Assembly (NCBI GenBank): GCA_036391435.1
Contig: DASVZX010000144.1
Span: 1 to 63,224 of the forward strand
DNA length: 63,224 nucleotides
From: Anaeromyxobacter sp.
Lineage (GTDB): Bacteria > Myxococcota > Myxococcia > Myxococcales > Anaeromyxobacteraceae
Direction: 5' to 3'
Shown here: positions 41,618-53,358 of the stretch, piece by piece
Numbering within the stretch: position 1 is the stretch's first letter
How the letters are laid out: the number at the start of each line of letters is the position of its first letter
Position numbers and translations under genes: made by a program
The notes under the pieces: generated by a model
What the model was told of the DNA's origin: nothing
Databases searched by the model: none
Seen by the model: only the letters and a program-made list of their open reading frames with translations

Positions 41618-42706
41618 CTACGCGACCCGCGGCGCCTTGATCAACCAGCCGGCGGGGGCGGGCCGCTGGCCGCGCTGGATGGCCGTGACGGCCTCGTAGA
41701 CCGCCCGCGTGTGCTCGCCGATGCGGCCGCCGGAGACCGCGAGCTCGGTGCCGTCGTCGAACACGTAGGCGCCGACGGGCGAGACCACCGCGGCGGTGCC
41801 GAGGCCGCCCGCCTCGGCGATGGCCCCGCTCCGCACGCCGGCGAGGAACCCCTCGAGCGGGATCCGCTCCTGCACGACGTCGATCCCGAGCGCCGCCTTG
41901 CCGAGCGCCAGGACCGACTCCGACGTGACCGAGCGCAGGATCGAGTCGGTGAACGTCGGGATCACGAGCCGGCCGTCGCGCGTCACGTGGTAGTGGTTCA
42001 TCGCGCCGGCTTCCTCGATGTACGTGTCGGTCGTGTCGAGGTAGAGCACCTGGGAGGCGCCGAGCTCGTGGGCCACCTCGCCCGCGCGGAGCGAGGCCGC
42101 GTAGTTGCCGCCGGTCTTGAGCGCGCCGGTGCCGCCCGGCGCGGCGCGGTGGAAGCGCTTCGTGACGAGGAGCTTCACCGGCTCGAAGCCCTTCGGGTAG
42201 TACGGGCCGCTCGGCGAGAGGAAGACGCAGAAGAGGTACCGATCCGACGGCTTCACGCCGAGGGTGTCCTGCGTCCCGATCATGAACGGGCGGATGTAGA
42301 GCGAGGCGCCGTCCTGCTCCGGGAACCACAGCCGGTCCACGTCGAGCAGGGCGAGGACGGCCTTCACCTGGTCGGCGACCGGGATGGTCGGCATGCAGAT
42401 GCCCGGCGCGGACCGGTTGAGCCGCTCGGCGTTCCTGTCGATGCGGAACGCGTAGATCTCGCCGTCCGGGTGCTTGAACGCCTTCGCGCCCTCGAAGATC
42501 TCCTGGCTGTAGTGGAGCACCACCGCGCCGGGGGCGAGCGAGAACGGCCCGTAGGGCACGATCCGCGGGTCGTGCCACGCGCCGTCGGACCACTCCATGA
42601 GGAACATGTGGTCGGTGCGGAGCTGGCCGAACGAGAGCGGACCGGCGGGGCGGAACGGCTCCTTGCGGCGGGAGGCGGCGGGCTTCAGGTCGTAGCGGAT
42701 GTCCAT
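41618..42706 (-). CDS. ilvE: Branched-chain amino acid aminotransferase
   Basis: LHYSQEIFEGAKA, LYIRP, KTGGNYA, EEAGAMN. Confidence 0.93.
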   Translation of the reverse strand: MDIRYDLKPAASRRKEPFRPAGPLSFGQLRTDHMFLMEWSDGAWHDPRIVPYGPFSLAPGAVVLHYSQEIFEGAKAFKHPDGEIYAFRIDRNAERLNRSAPGICMPTIPVADQVKAVLALLDVDRLWFPEQDGASLYIRPFMIGTQDTLGVKPSDRYLFCVFLSPSGPYYPKGFEPVKLLVTKRFHRAAPGGTGALKTGGNYAASLRAGEVAHELGASQVLYLDTTDTYIEEAGAMNHYHVTRDGRLVIPTFTDSILRSVTSESVLALGKAALGIDVVQERIPLEGFLAGVRSGAIAEAGGLGTAAVVSPVGAYVFDDGTELAVSGGRIGEHTRAVYEAVTAIQRGQRPAPAGWLIKAPRVA

Positions 42707-42767
42707 GGCGTGCGGTGTCCGGAGCTGGGACCGAACATTGTACACCGGACCGGGGCCGGGCGGCCGG

Positions 42768-44198
42768 TCAGGCGGCGAGGGGCGGGAAGGGCCGGCAGAC
42801 CCGGGCGACGAGCGCCATGTCCGGGTGGAGCTCCGCCTTGCCCGCCTGGATGGCGCGCTGGAGCGCGGCGTCGTCCGGGACGATCTCGAGGGGCGACAGC
42901 ACCCGCTGGAACGAGCGGTGGACGTGGGCGAACGGCCTGTTCCGGGCGACGTTCTGGGCGGCGAGCTGCTCGAGGCCGAACCAGAGCGGCTGCGTGAGCT
43001 TCGGCCCGAACCCCTCCAGCGCGAGCACGAAGGCGTTCCGCGTCCCGAGCGCGCCGCGCTGGACCGTGCCCCACGCGACCCGCGCCGGGAGGTTGTCGAC
43101 GAGGCCGCCGTCCACGAGCCGGAAGAGGTCGTGCTTCTCGAGGAGCGCGCGCAGGAGCGCGTGCATGCGCTCGTCGTCGCGGACCACGTCGTAGTGGATG
43201 ACGCCCGGCAGCGCCGACGAGAAGCCGACCGCGTCGATGGCGTCGAACGCGCGCGTCTCGTCGTCCGCGCCGAGGTAGACGCGGGCGAGCCGGTCGCGCT
43301 GGACGACGAGCTCGCCGAGCGCCTGGAAGAGCTCGCCCATCATCCGCGAGAGGGCGTTCGGGTTCGGCTCGCGGCCGTGCAGGTCGAGGAGGTGCTCGTA
43401 GTAGCTCGGGTCGCGGGGGAGGGCGCCGTTGCGGATCCCGGTCACCGAGACGATGAGCGGGATCGCGAGCTGCCCGAGCGTGAGCGGGTGGCCGTCGGGA
43501 CCCTTCAGGAACTCGCCGATCGCGGCGCGGAGGTACAGGCGGGCCGCGGCGGGCAGGCCGTAGCGCGACTCGCCGTGCAGCACGCGGAAGAGCGTCCGGA
43601 AGGAGAGGTCGCGCCGGGCCGCGGCGATGTCCTCCGGGTTCCAGCGGAGCCGCCGAGCCCGGAAGAGGAGCAGCACCGCGCCCATGCTCGTGCCGGCGAG
43701 GAGCCGCGGGACGAGGCCGTACTGGTCGAGGAGCGCGAACGCGCCGAGGTAGGACCACGCGACGCCCCCGCCCCCGCCGCACACGACGACGAGCGCCTTC
43801 TCGCAGATCTCGCGATCGAGCGCGCCGGGCGGCAGCTTGCCCGAGAACGCCTCGACCGTCCGCGCGCGCCAGGCGCGGGCGTGCGCGGTCAGCTGCGGGA
43901 CGAGGCGCGCGACCTCGTCCGTGTCGACGCCGCCCGCGCGCGCGAGCGGCGGGATCGCCCGGGCGAGGACGTCCTCGCGGAAGGGGGCGAGGAACGGGGC
44001 GAGGTCGACGTCGGCGCCGTCGGGCGCGCGGACCACCCCGGCCTTCGCGAGGTTGAGGGCGTAGCGGAGCGCGGCCTCGTCGGCCTCGGAGAGCCACGCG
44101 GGCGAGGAGAGGATCGCGCGCACGAGCGCGAGCTCCGCCTCCTCGAACGGGCGGACCTTCGCGCGCGCCGCGTCGAGGGCGTCGTCCGCCGTGGCCAC
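42768..44198 (-). CDS. Patatin-like phospholipase
   Basis: GGGGG, GTSMG, DGG motifs. Confidence 0.88.
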   Translation of the reverse strand: MATADDALDAARAKVRPFEEAELALVRAILSSPAWLSEADEAALRYALNLAKAGVVRAPDGADVDLAPFLAPFREDVLARAIPPLARAGGVDTDEVARLVPQLTAHARAWRARTVEAFSGKLPPGALDREICEKALVVVCGGGGGVAWSYLGAFALLDQYGLVPRLLAGTSMGAVLLLFRARRLRWNPEDIAAARRDLSFRTLFRVLHGESRYGLPAAARLYLRAAIGEFLKGPDGHPLTLGQLAIPLIVSVTGIRNGALPRDPSYYEHLLDLHGREPNPNALSRMMGELFQALGELVVQRDRLARVYLGADDETRAFDAIDAVGFSSALPGVIHYDVVRDDERMHALLRALLEKHDLFRLVDGGLVDNLPARVAWGTVQRGALGTRNAFVLALEGFGPKLTQPLWFGLEQLAAQNVARNRPFAHVHRSFQRVLSPLEIVPDDAALQRAIQAGKAELHPDMALVARVCRPFPPLAA

Positions 44199-44251
44199 GC
44201 GCGGATTCTAGACCGGGGGGCGGGCGGCGCCCAGGCCCGCGGCCCGGCGCG

Positions 44252-47200
44252 CTACCGGACGACCTCGTCGAACGCCTGGCGCACCGCCGCGGTGACGCGG
44301 GCGTACTCGGCGAGGAAGCGCTCGCCCGGCGCCGGGCCGGCGTAGCCGAGCCGGCGGGCGAGCTGGCGGAGGGCGGGGCCGCTCGCGGGCAGGTGGTCGG
44401 TGGCGTAGTCGTGGACGATCCGGAGCCGGAGCTCCACGCGGCGCAGGAAGTCGTACCCCTCGGCGAGGGCGGCGAACTGCGCCTCGCGCAGGAGCGCGGC
44501 CTCGCGCAGCCTGCGGAGCGCGAGCGGCGTCGAGCCCGTGCGGATGGTCGGGTGGTCGTGGCCCTCGAGGAGCTGGAGGAACTGCGCCGCGAACTCGACG
44601 TCCACGAGGCCGCCGTGCCCGGTCTTCGGGTTCTTCCCGCGGGACGCCTCCTTGCCGAGCTCGGACTCCATCCGCTCGCGCATGCGCCGGACCTCGGCGG
44701 CGAGCGCGGCGCGGTCCTCGCGCGGGCCGTACACGGTCGGGACGAGCACCTTCTCCCGGATCTGCGCGAAGAGCGCGGGGTCGCCCGCGACGTGGCGGGC
44801 GCGGAGGAGCGCCTGCCGCTCCCAGAGCTGCGATCGCACGATCCCGGCGTCGCCGCCGCCCGCCCCGTCGCCCGCGTGGTAGCGGATGAACGCCTCCGCG
44901 CCGATGACGAGCGCGCCCTGGTTGCCGGAGGGGCGGAGCCGCGTGTCGATCTGGAAGAGCCGGCCCTCGCGGAGGGGCATCTGGAGGAAGGACATGAACC
45001 GCTGGGCGAGGCGCGGGTAGCGCTCGTGGCCGGCGGTCGCGCCGGAGCCCGGGTAGATGAAGATGAGGTCGAGGTCGGAGTGGTAGCCGAGCTCGCGCCC
45101 GCCGAGCTTCCCCATGCCGATGACGCAGAGCCGCGCGGGCGGGGCCACGTCCTTCGCGCGGGCCTCCTCCTCGGCGAGGGCGAGGCAGCGCTCCACGCAG
45201 GCCTCGGCGAGGTCGGTGAGCTGCGCGCAGACGCTCGCGAGGTCGATCGTGCCCGCGATGTCGTGGATCGCGATGCGGAGGACCTCCTCGTTCTTGTAGC
45301 GGCGCAGCTCGCCGAGCTTCCCCTCGAGGAGGTCGTCCGCCGGGAGGGCCGGGTCGAGCGTGCCGAGCCGCTCGTCCACCTCGGCGCGGAACGTGTCGAG
45401 CCCCTTCTCGAGGAGCACCTGGTCCTCGCGCAGGAGTGTGTCGATGAGCTCCGGGTGGCGGAGGAACCGCTTCGACAGGAAGTCGGACGTGCCGAAGAGC
45501 GAGAGGAGGAGGCGGGTGACGCGCCGGTGCTCCGAGAGCATCCGGAAGTACGGCTCGGTGTTCTGGAGCGCCGAGGCGAAGTCGGAGAGGTGGGAGATCG
45601 CCTGGTCCGGGTCGGGCGTCCCGAGCGCGTCGGACAGCAGGGCGACCGCGGCGGCCGGGTCGCCGAGGGGGGAGAAGGGCGTCCGGCGGCGGGCCATCGC
45701 GTCGATGGCGGCGAGGACGCGGTCCGGGTCCACGATCCCGCGGCGCACCGCGATCTCGGCGCGCCGCTCGCGCTCGACCTGCGGGTCGGCGAGGAGCGCG
45801 AGGTCGGGGTCGAGCGGGGCCTCGGTCGCCGCGGAGGCGCCGAGCAGGTCCGCGAAAAGGCGCGCCACGTGCTCGCGGTGCCGCCCGAGCGCCGCCTCGA
45901 ACGCCTCCTCCGACGGATAGCCCATCGACCGGGCCAGCCCGAGGCGCTCGCCCGGCGGCGGCAGCCGGTGCGTCTGGGCGCCGTCCGCCATCTGGACGCG
46001 GTGCTCGGCGCGGCGGAGGAACAGGTACGCGTCGGCGAGCTCGTCGCGGTCCTTCTCGAGGACGACGCCGGCGAAGAGGAGCCGGTCGAGGGCGGGGAGC
46101 ACGGCGCGCTCGCGCAGGCCGCGGGTCTCGTCGCGGCCCGCGTGGAGGAGCTGGAGGGCGGAGACGAAGAACTCGGCCTCGCGGATCCCGCCCTTGCCGA
46201 GCTTGAGGTCGTCCTTGCCCTCGCCGCCGGCGCGCGCGTCGATGCGGGCCTTCATCGCCTGGATCTCGTGGACGACGTCGAGGTCGAGCGAGCGGCGCCA
46301 GATGAAGCGGTCGAGGAGCCGGAGCAGCTCTGCGCCCACGGCCAGGTCGCCCGCGCCCGGCCGCGCCTTCACGAGGGCGTTCCGCTCCCAGGTGCGCCCG
46401 AACGTCTGGTAGTACATCTCCGCCGCGCGGAGCGAGTTCACGATGGGGCCGTTCTGGCCGTCGGGGCGGAGGTTCAGGTCCACGCGGAAGACGAAGCCGT
46501 CCTCGGTGGGCTTGGCGATCGACTCGGTGACGACCTCTGCGAGCTTCGCGTAGTAGGCGAAGTGCGTGATCGGCTTCTCCCCCCCGGTCTCGCCGTCCCG
46601 GTCGTAGACGTAGAGGAGGTCGACGTCGGAGGAGAAGTTGAGCTCGCGCGCGCCGAGCTTCCCCATGGCGAGCGCGCAGAAGCCGGCGCCCGGCTCCCGG
46701 CCGGCGAGGCCGGCGGGCGACCCGTGCCGCTCGCGGAGGCGGCGGTCGTGGAACCGGATCGCCGCGTCGAGGCACGCGGTCGCGAGGGACGAGAGCTCGT
46801 CCGTGACCTCCTTCACGCGGGCGCGGCGCAGATCGCGCAGGGCGATCCGGACGATCTCGCGCGCGCGCACGCGGCGGAGGAGCCGGTTGAAGCCGTCCAC
46901 GTCGTCCGGCGCGAGGGACCGCGCGGCGCGGACGAGGAGCCGGCGCAGGTCCGGCTCGGTGCGCGGGCGGAGCAGCAGCGGCGAGCGGGCCGCCCGCCGC
47001 AGGAGGACGGGGTGCCGCGCGAGGAGCGCCGGGATCATCCGGGACGATCCGGAGAGGAGCGCCAGCGCCTCGAGCAGGTCCCGCTCGCGCGGCGGCCCCC
47101 CCGCGCCGTCGATGAACCGCTCCACCCCCGCGAGCGCGAGGTCCGGATCGGGCGCGCGCGCGATCGCGCCCGCGATGTCCCTGATGCGGTCCGGGAAGCG

Positions 47201-47284
47201 CTTCCCGATCCGGGCGAGCCGCTCGGCCGACTCGGGAGCGCGCGGCGGCGCGGGCTCGAGGCCGGGGATCGCGTGGGTGAGCAT
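44252..47284 (-). CDS. glnE: Glutamine synthetase adenylyltransferase
   Basis: Two MGKLGxxEL..SD.D NT domains, DLNLRPDG / DTRLRPSG. Confidence 0.96.
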   Translation of the reverse strand: MLTHAIPGLEPAPPRAPESAERLARIGKRFPDRIRDIAGAIARAPDPDLALAGVERFIDGAGGPPRERDLLEALALLSGSSRMIPALLARHPVLLRRAARSPLLLRPRTEPDLRRLLVRAARSLAPDDVDGFNRLLRRVRAREIVRIALRDLRRARVKEVTDELSSLATACLDAAIRFHDRRLRERHGSPAGLAGREPGAGFCALAMGKLGARELNFSSDVDLLYVYDRDGETGGEKPITHFAYYAKLAEVVTESIAKPTEDGFVFRVDLNLRPDGQNGPIVNSLRAAEMYYQTFGRTWERNALVKARPGAGDLAVGAELLRLLDRFIWRRSLDLDVVHEIQAMKARIDARAGGEGKDDLKLGKGGIREAEFFVSALQLLHAGRDETRGLRERAVLPALDRLLFAGVVLEKDRDELADAYLFLRRAEHRVQMADGAQTHRLPPPGERLGLARSMGYPSEEAFEAALGRHREHVARLFADLLGASAATEAPLDPDLALLADPQVERERRAEIAVRRGIVDPDRVLAAIDAMARRRTPFSPLGDPAAAVALLSDALGTPDPDQAISHLSDFASALQNTEPYFRMLSEHRRVTRLLLSLFGTSDFLSKRFLRHPELIDTLLREDQVLLEKGLDTFRAEVDERLGTLDPALPADDLLEGKLGELRRYKNEEVLRIAIHDIAGTIDLASVCAQLTDLAEACVERCLALAEEEARAKDVAPPARLCVIGMGKLGGRELGYHSDLDLIFIYPGSGATAGHERYPRLAQRFMSFLQMPLREGRLFQIDTRLRPSGNQGALVIGAEAFIRYHAGDGAGGGDAGIVRSQLWERQALLRARHVAGDPALFAQIREKVLVPTVYGPREDRAALAAEVRRMRERMESELGKEASRGKNPKTGHGGLVDVEFAAQFLQLLEGHDHPTIRTGSTPLALRRLREAALLREAQFAALAEGYDFLRRVELRLRIVHDYATDHLPASGPALRQLARRLGYAGPAPGERFLAEYARVTAAVRQAFDEVVR

Positions 47285-47342
47285 GCCGGGGAGGGATCCT
47301 AACCCGGGGGCAGGGGTGCGGCCGAGGACCGTGTCGGCGGCC

Positions 47343-47390
47343 GGAGTCGCGGTCGGGGTCGAGGTCGAGGTCGAGGTCGGGTGGGGGTCG
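47343..47390. repeat. Hexanucleotide (GGTCGA/GGTCGG)n intergenic tract
   Basis: GGTCGGGGTCGAGGTCGAGGTCGAGGTCGG upstream of glnE. Confidence 0.7.
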
Positions 47391-47581
47391 TCGTGGCGGT
47401 CGAGCCGAGCAGCGGTGGAAGAATCCGCTTGAGCGCTGCAGCGCGCGGGGAGAGGGCCGGGGAGAGGGGCGGACGCGGAGCACGTCCCCGGTGCGCCCGT
47501 CCGCGCCGTGCGCTACACCTCTCCCCGCCCGCGCGCTCTCCCGCACCCCCGCGCGGAGCCGCGCGCGGCCCGGTGACCGGA

Positions 47582-48388
47582 ATGAAGCTCGTGGCGATCG
47601 TGCAGCCCGTGGCCCGGCCCGACGAGGCCGCGCGCGCGGTGGCCGACGCCGCCGCCCTGACGCTCGCGGAGGCCCGCATGCGCCTCGCGCCCGAGCCGCC
47701 CGCCCTCCTCGCCCGGCTCGAGCCGGGCAGGGCCGACCTGCTCGTCCTCGCGCTGCGCAAGGCCGGGCTGGCCGCGCTCGCGGTGGACGCCCGCTGCCCG
47801 ACCGACGAGGACCGCGTCGTCGCCCGCGGCTTCGCGCTCGACGGCGCGGGCGTCACGCTCACGCCGCGCTTCGGCGATCCGGTGACCTTCGCGTGGGCGG
47901 AGGTGCTGGCCGTCCTCCGCTGCGTCCGGGCGTCGCGCACGGAGACCCGGCGCACCGAGAAGACGAAGCGCTTCTCCGCGGGGGCCGCCGTCCTGTCCGG
48001 CGGCCTCAAGCTGACGCGCACCTCCACGACGACCGAGCGCTCCTCGCAGGAGGAGCTCGAGCAGGTGATCCTCGTGTACGCGCGGGACGGGCGCGCGGCG
48101 ACGCTCGCGGAGCGCGAGCTCGACTTCTCCTGCCTCGGGACGGGCATGCAGCCCACGAGCACCGGGAACATGGTCGAGCTCGCGCGGCGGCTGCGCGAGC
48201 GCGCGACGGGCGCGTTCCACGACGATCGCCTCGTCCGCCTCGGCCGGCGGCCGCTGCCGTTCCTGGCCGCCGCGGAGTCGCGCTCGTCGACGGGGGCCTC
48301 GGCGACGACGCGCACCGACACGAGCAGCTCGCTCGACACGCTCGCCGAGGTGATGCGGCGGGCGCTCGCCGAGGGGCTGCTCCCGTGA
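47582..48388 (+). CDS. Hypothetical protein
   Basis: ATG-started protein-like ORF (MKLVAIVQP..ERELDFSCLG) filling the intergenic gap. Confidence 0.7.
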   Translation: MKLVAIVQPVARPDEAARAVADAAALTLAEARMRLAPEPPALLARLEPGRADLLVLALRKAGLAALAVDARCPTDEDRVVARGFALDGAGVTLTPRFGDPVTFAWAEVLAVLRCVRASRTETRRTEKTKRFSAGAAVLSGGLKLTRTSTTTERSSQEELEQVILVYARDGRAATLAERELDFSCLGTGMQPTSTGNMVELARRLRERATGAFHDDRLVRLGRRPLPFLAAAESRSSTGASATTRTDTSSSLDTLAEVMRRALAEGLLP

Positions 48389-48413
48389 CGGGGGCGCCGC
48401 CCGGCCTGGCCCG

Positions 48414-49856
<1,443 letters not shown>

Positions 49857-49905
49857 GGGCCGGCATCTTACCGGGGACGGGGCCGCGGCGCCGCGGCGGC
49901 GAGCA

Positions 49906-52041
49906 CTACCGGGCGGCCGGCCGCGAGAGGACCACGATCGAGCGGGCCTCCACCGTGAGCGTCCCGCCGGCGGCGACGAGGTCGCGCTTCGCGTCGCTCG
50001 CGCCGGCGGTGTCCACGAGCACCTCCCACTCCTGCCCCCACGCGATCTCGGGCAGCGTGTAGGTCACCGGCTCGTGCCAGGCGTTCAGGAGGACGAGGAG
50101 GGTGTCGCCGACGATCTTCTCCCCCTTCTCGTCGGGCGTCGCGATGGCGTCGCCGCCGAGGAGGAACGCGACGGACCTCGCGAACGGCTTCTGCCAGTCC
50201 TCCTCCGTCATCTCGGTCCCGTCCGGCCGGAACCAGGCGAGGTCCTTGAGGGACGAGTCCCACGGCTGCTTTCCCCGGAAGAACCGGCGCCGCTGCAGCA
50301 CCGGCTGCGCGAGGCGGAGCCGCACGAGCCGGCGCGCGAAGCCGAGCAGCGCCCGGCGGCGGTCGTCGAGGTCCCAGTCGAGCCAGCTGATCTCGTTGTC
50401 CTGGCAGTAGGCGTTGTTGTTCCCGCCCTGCGTCTTCCCCATCTCGTCGCCGGCGGCGATCATCGGGACGCCCTGCGAGACGAGCAGCGTCGTGAGGAGG
50501 TTGCGCACCTGCCGGTCGCGCAGCGCGTTCACGGCGGGGTCGTCGGTCTCGCCCTCCACGCCGCAGTTCCAGGAGGCGTTGTCGTCCGTGCCGTCCCGGT
50601 TCTCCTCCTGGTTCGCCTCGTTGTGCTTCCCGTTGTAGGAGACGAGATCGCGCAGCGTGAACCCGTCGTGCGCGGTCACGAAGTTCACGCTCGCGAAGAT
50701 CTTCCGCCCCGCCGCCTCGTACAGGTCCGCCGAGCCGGTGAGCCGGTAGCCGAGCTCGCCCTGGAGGTTCTCGTCGCCCTTCCAGAACCGCCGCACGACG
50801 TCGCGGTAGCGGCCGTTCCACTCCGACCACCACACCGGGAAGGCGCCCACCTTGTAGCCCTCCGGCCCGAGATCCCAGGGCTCCGCGATGAGCTTCACCC
50901 GCTCGAGGACGGGGTCCTGGTGCACGGCGGCGAGGAAGCGCGACGCCTCGTCGAACTGCCGGGGATCGCGCGCGAGCGTCACCGCGAGGTCGAAGCGGAA
51001 CCCGTCCACGTGCATCTGCTCCACCCAGTAGCGGAGCGAGTCCATGACGAGCTTCAGCGTCCACGGGTTCGTCGTGTCGAGCGTGTTCCCGCAGCCGGTC
51101 GAGTCCCAGTAGTGCCGGGGCGAGTCCTCCGTGAGCCGGTAGTAGGTCGGGTTGTCGAGCCCCTTCAGCGAGAGGGTGGGGCCGAGGTGGTTCCCCTCCG
51201 CGGTGTGGTTGTAGACGACGTCGAGGATGACCTCGATGCCGGCCCGGTGGAGCGCCTTCACGAGCTCGCGGAACTCGGTCACCTGCTCGCCGCGCGAGCC
51301 GCGCGCGTACCGGTGCTCCGGCGCGAAGAAGCCGAGCGTCGAGTAGCCCCAGTAGTTCGTGAGCCCCTTCGCGGCGAGGAACGGGTCGTCCACGAACTCG
51401 TGGATCGGGAGGAGCTCGACGGCGGTCACGCCGAGCTTCACGAGGTGGTCGACGGCGGCCGGCGACGCCATCCCGAGGTACGTGCCGCGCAGCTCGGGCG
51501 GCACCTCGGGGTGACGCTTCGTGAAGCCCTTCACGTGGACCTCGTAGATGACCGAGCGGTGCCACGGATGGGCGGGCGAGCGGTCGCCCGCCCAGTCGAA
51601 GTGGTTTCCGACCACGACCGAGCGCGGCGCCGACGGCGCGCTGTCGCGATCGTCGTAGGCGAGGTCCCCCTCGGGCGCCCCGACCCGGTAGGCGTAGATC
51701 GGCCCGTTGAAGTCGGCCTCGCCCGAGACGGCGCGCGCGTACGGGTCGACGAGGAGCTTCGACGGGTTGAAGCGCAGGCCGCGCTCGGGCTCGTAGGGCC
51801 CGTGCGCGCGGTAGCCGTAGAGCGCACCGGGCCCGACGCCCGGGAGGTGGGCATGCCTCACGTGGCCCGTCTTCTCGAACAGCTTGACGCGCCGGACCTC
51901 CCGGGCGGGATCGGCGGGGTCGAACAGACAGAGCTCGACCGCCTCGGCGTGCCGCGCGTAGACGGCGAAGTTCGTCCCCTCGCCGTCGAAGGTCGCCCCC
52001 AGGGGAAAGGGCCGCCCGGGCCAGATCGGCTCGCCGTCCAT
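49906..52041 (-). CDS. glgX: Glycogen debranching enzyme
   Basis: PLGATFDG, NYWGY, DVVYNH, DGFRFDLA, AEPWD, AHDGFTL. Confidence 0.96.
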   Translation of the reverse strand: MDGEPIWPGRPFPLGATFDGEGTNFAVYARHAEAVELCLFDPADPAREVRRVKLFEKTGHVRHAHLPGVGPGALYGYRAHGPYEPERGLRFNPSKLLVDPYARAVSGEADFNGPIYAYRVGAPEGDLAYDDRDSAPSAPRSVVVGNHFDWAGDRSPAHPWHRSVIYEVHVKGFTKRHPEVPPELRGTYLGMASPAAVDHLVKLGVTAVELLPIHEFVDDPFLAAKGLTNYWGYSTLGFFAPEHRYARGSRGEQVTEFRELVKALHRAGIEVILDVVYNHTAEGNHLGPTLSLKGLDNPTYYRLTEDSPRHYWDSTGCGNTLDTTNPWTLKLVMDSLRYWVEQMHVDGFRFDLAVTLARDPRQFDEASRFLAAVHQDPVLERVKLIAEPWDLGPEGYKVGAFPVWWSEWNGRYRDVVRRFWKGDENLQGELGYRLTGSADLYEAAGRKIFASVNFVTAHDGFTLRDLVSYNGKHNEANQEENRDGTDDNASWNCGVEGETDDPAVNALRDRQVRNLLTTLLVSQGVPMIAAGDEMGKTQGGNNNAYCQDNEISWLDWDLDDRRRALLGFARRLVRLRLAQPVLQRRRFFRGKQPWDSSLKDLAWFRPDGTEMTEEDWQKPFARSVAFLLGGDAIATPDEKGEKIVGDTLLVLLNAWHEPVTYTLPEIAWGQEWEVLVDTAGASDAKRDLVAAGGTLTVEARSIVVLSRPAAR

Positions 52042-52321
52042 CGCTCGCCCGCCTCGCACCGGGCATCCCACAAGCTGCGGACGGGCGTCCCTGCCGGCAG
52101 CCGCGCGCGCGGCCCCCTCGTTCTTTCATCTCTCCCCGTCCGTGCGAGCGCCCGCCAGCCATTTGCCGTGCGCCGCAGGAAGAATCGCGTGCTTCGCCCC
52201 GCGGCCGGGCGGGCGATCGGCTGCCCGATGCCGCCGGCTGCGGGGAATGACCGGCTGCGCGCGGCGGGTTCCTCGCGCGTGACCGCCGCTCTCCACGCAG
52301 GCCGACGGGCGGAGCTTCCCC

Positions 52322-52627
52322 GTGCGGCCGAGCGCGCGCCGACGACAGCCGCGCGCGCTTCGCCCGGGAGCGCCTCGCCCCACCGCGTCCCTGTGCCCGA
52401 CGACCCCCGGCGGCGTCCCGATCCGCCTGCTCGTGGACGCCGCGCCGCGCTCTCGCGTGCGCCGCGCGCTCCCGCTCGTGCTCCTCGTCGCGCTCGCCGC
52501 CGGGATCGCGGCGGTCGCGCTCGCGGGCTGCGGAGCGCCGGCGCCGCCGCGGGCGCAGGTCGCGCCGCCGCTCGTGGTCCATCTGGCCGCGCAGGTGGAG
52601 CGCGGCGGGGAGGGCGGCGTACACTGA
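52322..52627 (+). CDS. Possible small membrane/lipoprotein
   Basis: LPLVLLVALAAGIAAVALAGC; start unclear. Confidence 0.3.
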   Translation: MRPSARRRQPRALRPGAPRPTASLCPTTPGGVPIRLLVDAAPRSRVRRALPLVLLVALAAGIAAVALAGCGAPAPPRAQVAPPLVVHLAAQVERGGEGGVH

Positions 52628-52655
52628 GCGCGATCCCCGGTCGCCCGGAGCCGCC

Positions 52656-53066
52656 ATGTCCCCGCCCCGCCGCCTCGCCCTCGCCGCCCTCCTCGCGCTC
52701 CCCGCCGCCGCCGCGGCGCAGCTCCCGCCCCCGCCGCCCCCGGACCCCCTGCTCCTCGAGGTGCAGGCCGCGAGGGCGTCGGCGAACGCGGGCTCGGTGG
52801 ACGCGCGCGCCGCGCGGACCGAGGCCGCCGCCGCGCGGCAGGAGTCCGATCGCGCCCGGCAGGAGTCGGAGCGCGCGCGCCAGGAGGCCGCCGCGGCGAA
52901 GCAGGAGGCCTCCAAGGCGCGCGGCCGGGCCGAGGACGCGAAGGATGCCGCCGAGGACGCGAGGGACGCCGCGAAGGCGGCGCGCGACGCCGCGAAGGAG
53001 ACGAAGGAGCTCGTCGAGCGGCTGCGCAAGGAAGTGAAGGAGCTGTCCGACCGGCTCAAGAAGTAG
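52656..53066 (+). CDS. Secreted alanine-rich coiled-coil protein
   Basis: Signal peptide, Pro run, heptad repeats ([14 protein letters not shown]). Confidence 0.7.
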   Translation: MSPPRRLALAALLALPAAAAAQLPPPPPPDPLLLEVQAARASANAGSVDARAARTEAAAARQESDRARQESERARQEAAAAKQEASKARGRAEDAKDAAEDARDAAKAARDAAKETKELVERLRKEVKELSDRLKK

Positions 53067-53277
53067 AAGTGGGCGGCGCTTCGCGGGCGCCGGCGACCGC
53101 GGCTCGCGGCGGCGCGCACGCCGGGCGCGCGTACCGCGACCCGGTGACGTCGAGGCCGGGCACGCGCGGCCGGACGGCGGGCCGAGCCCGGGTCCGGCGA
53201 CGCGGTCGCCGCGACCCTTGGGGCGCGAGGCACCCTCGGGCAGGGCGCGCCGACGCGCGCCCGCTCGCCCGTGCGGA

Positions 53278-53293
53278 GGGCGCGCGGTTTGCA
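53278..53293 (+). promoter_or_regulatory. Putative sigma54 promoter for mcp
   Basis: GGGCGCG-CGGT-TTGCA (GG-N10-GC), ~65 bp upstream of the ATG. Confidence 0.5.
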
Positions 53294-53358
53294 CCGCGGC
53301 CCACGTCAGGCGGCCGACGCCGGGGCACCTCCCCGGAGGGATGGGCCAGGGGAATCGA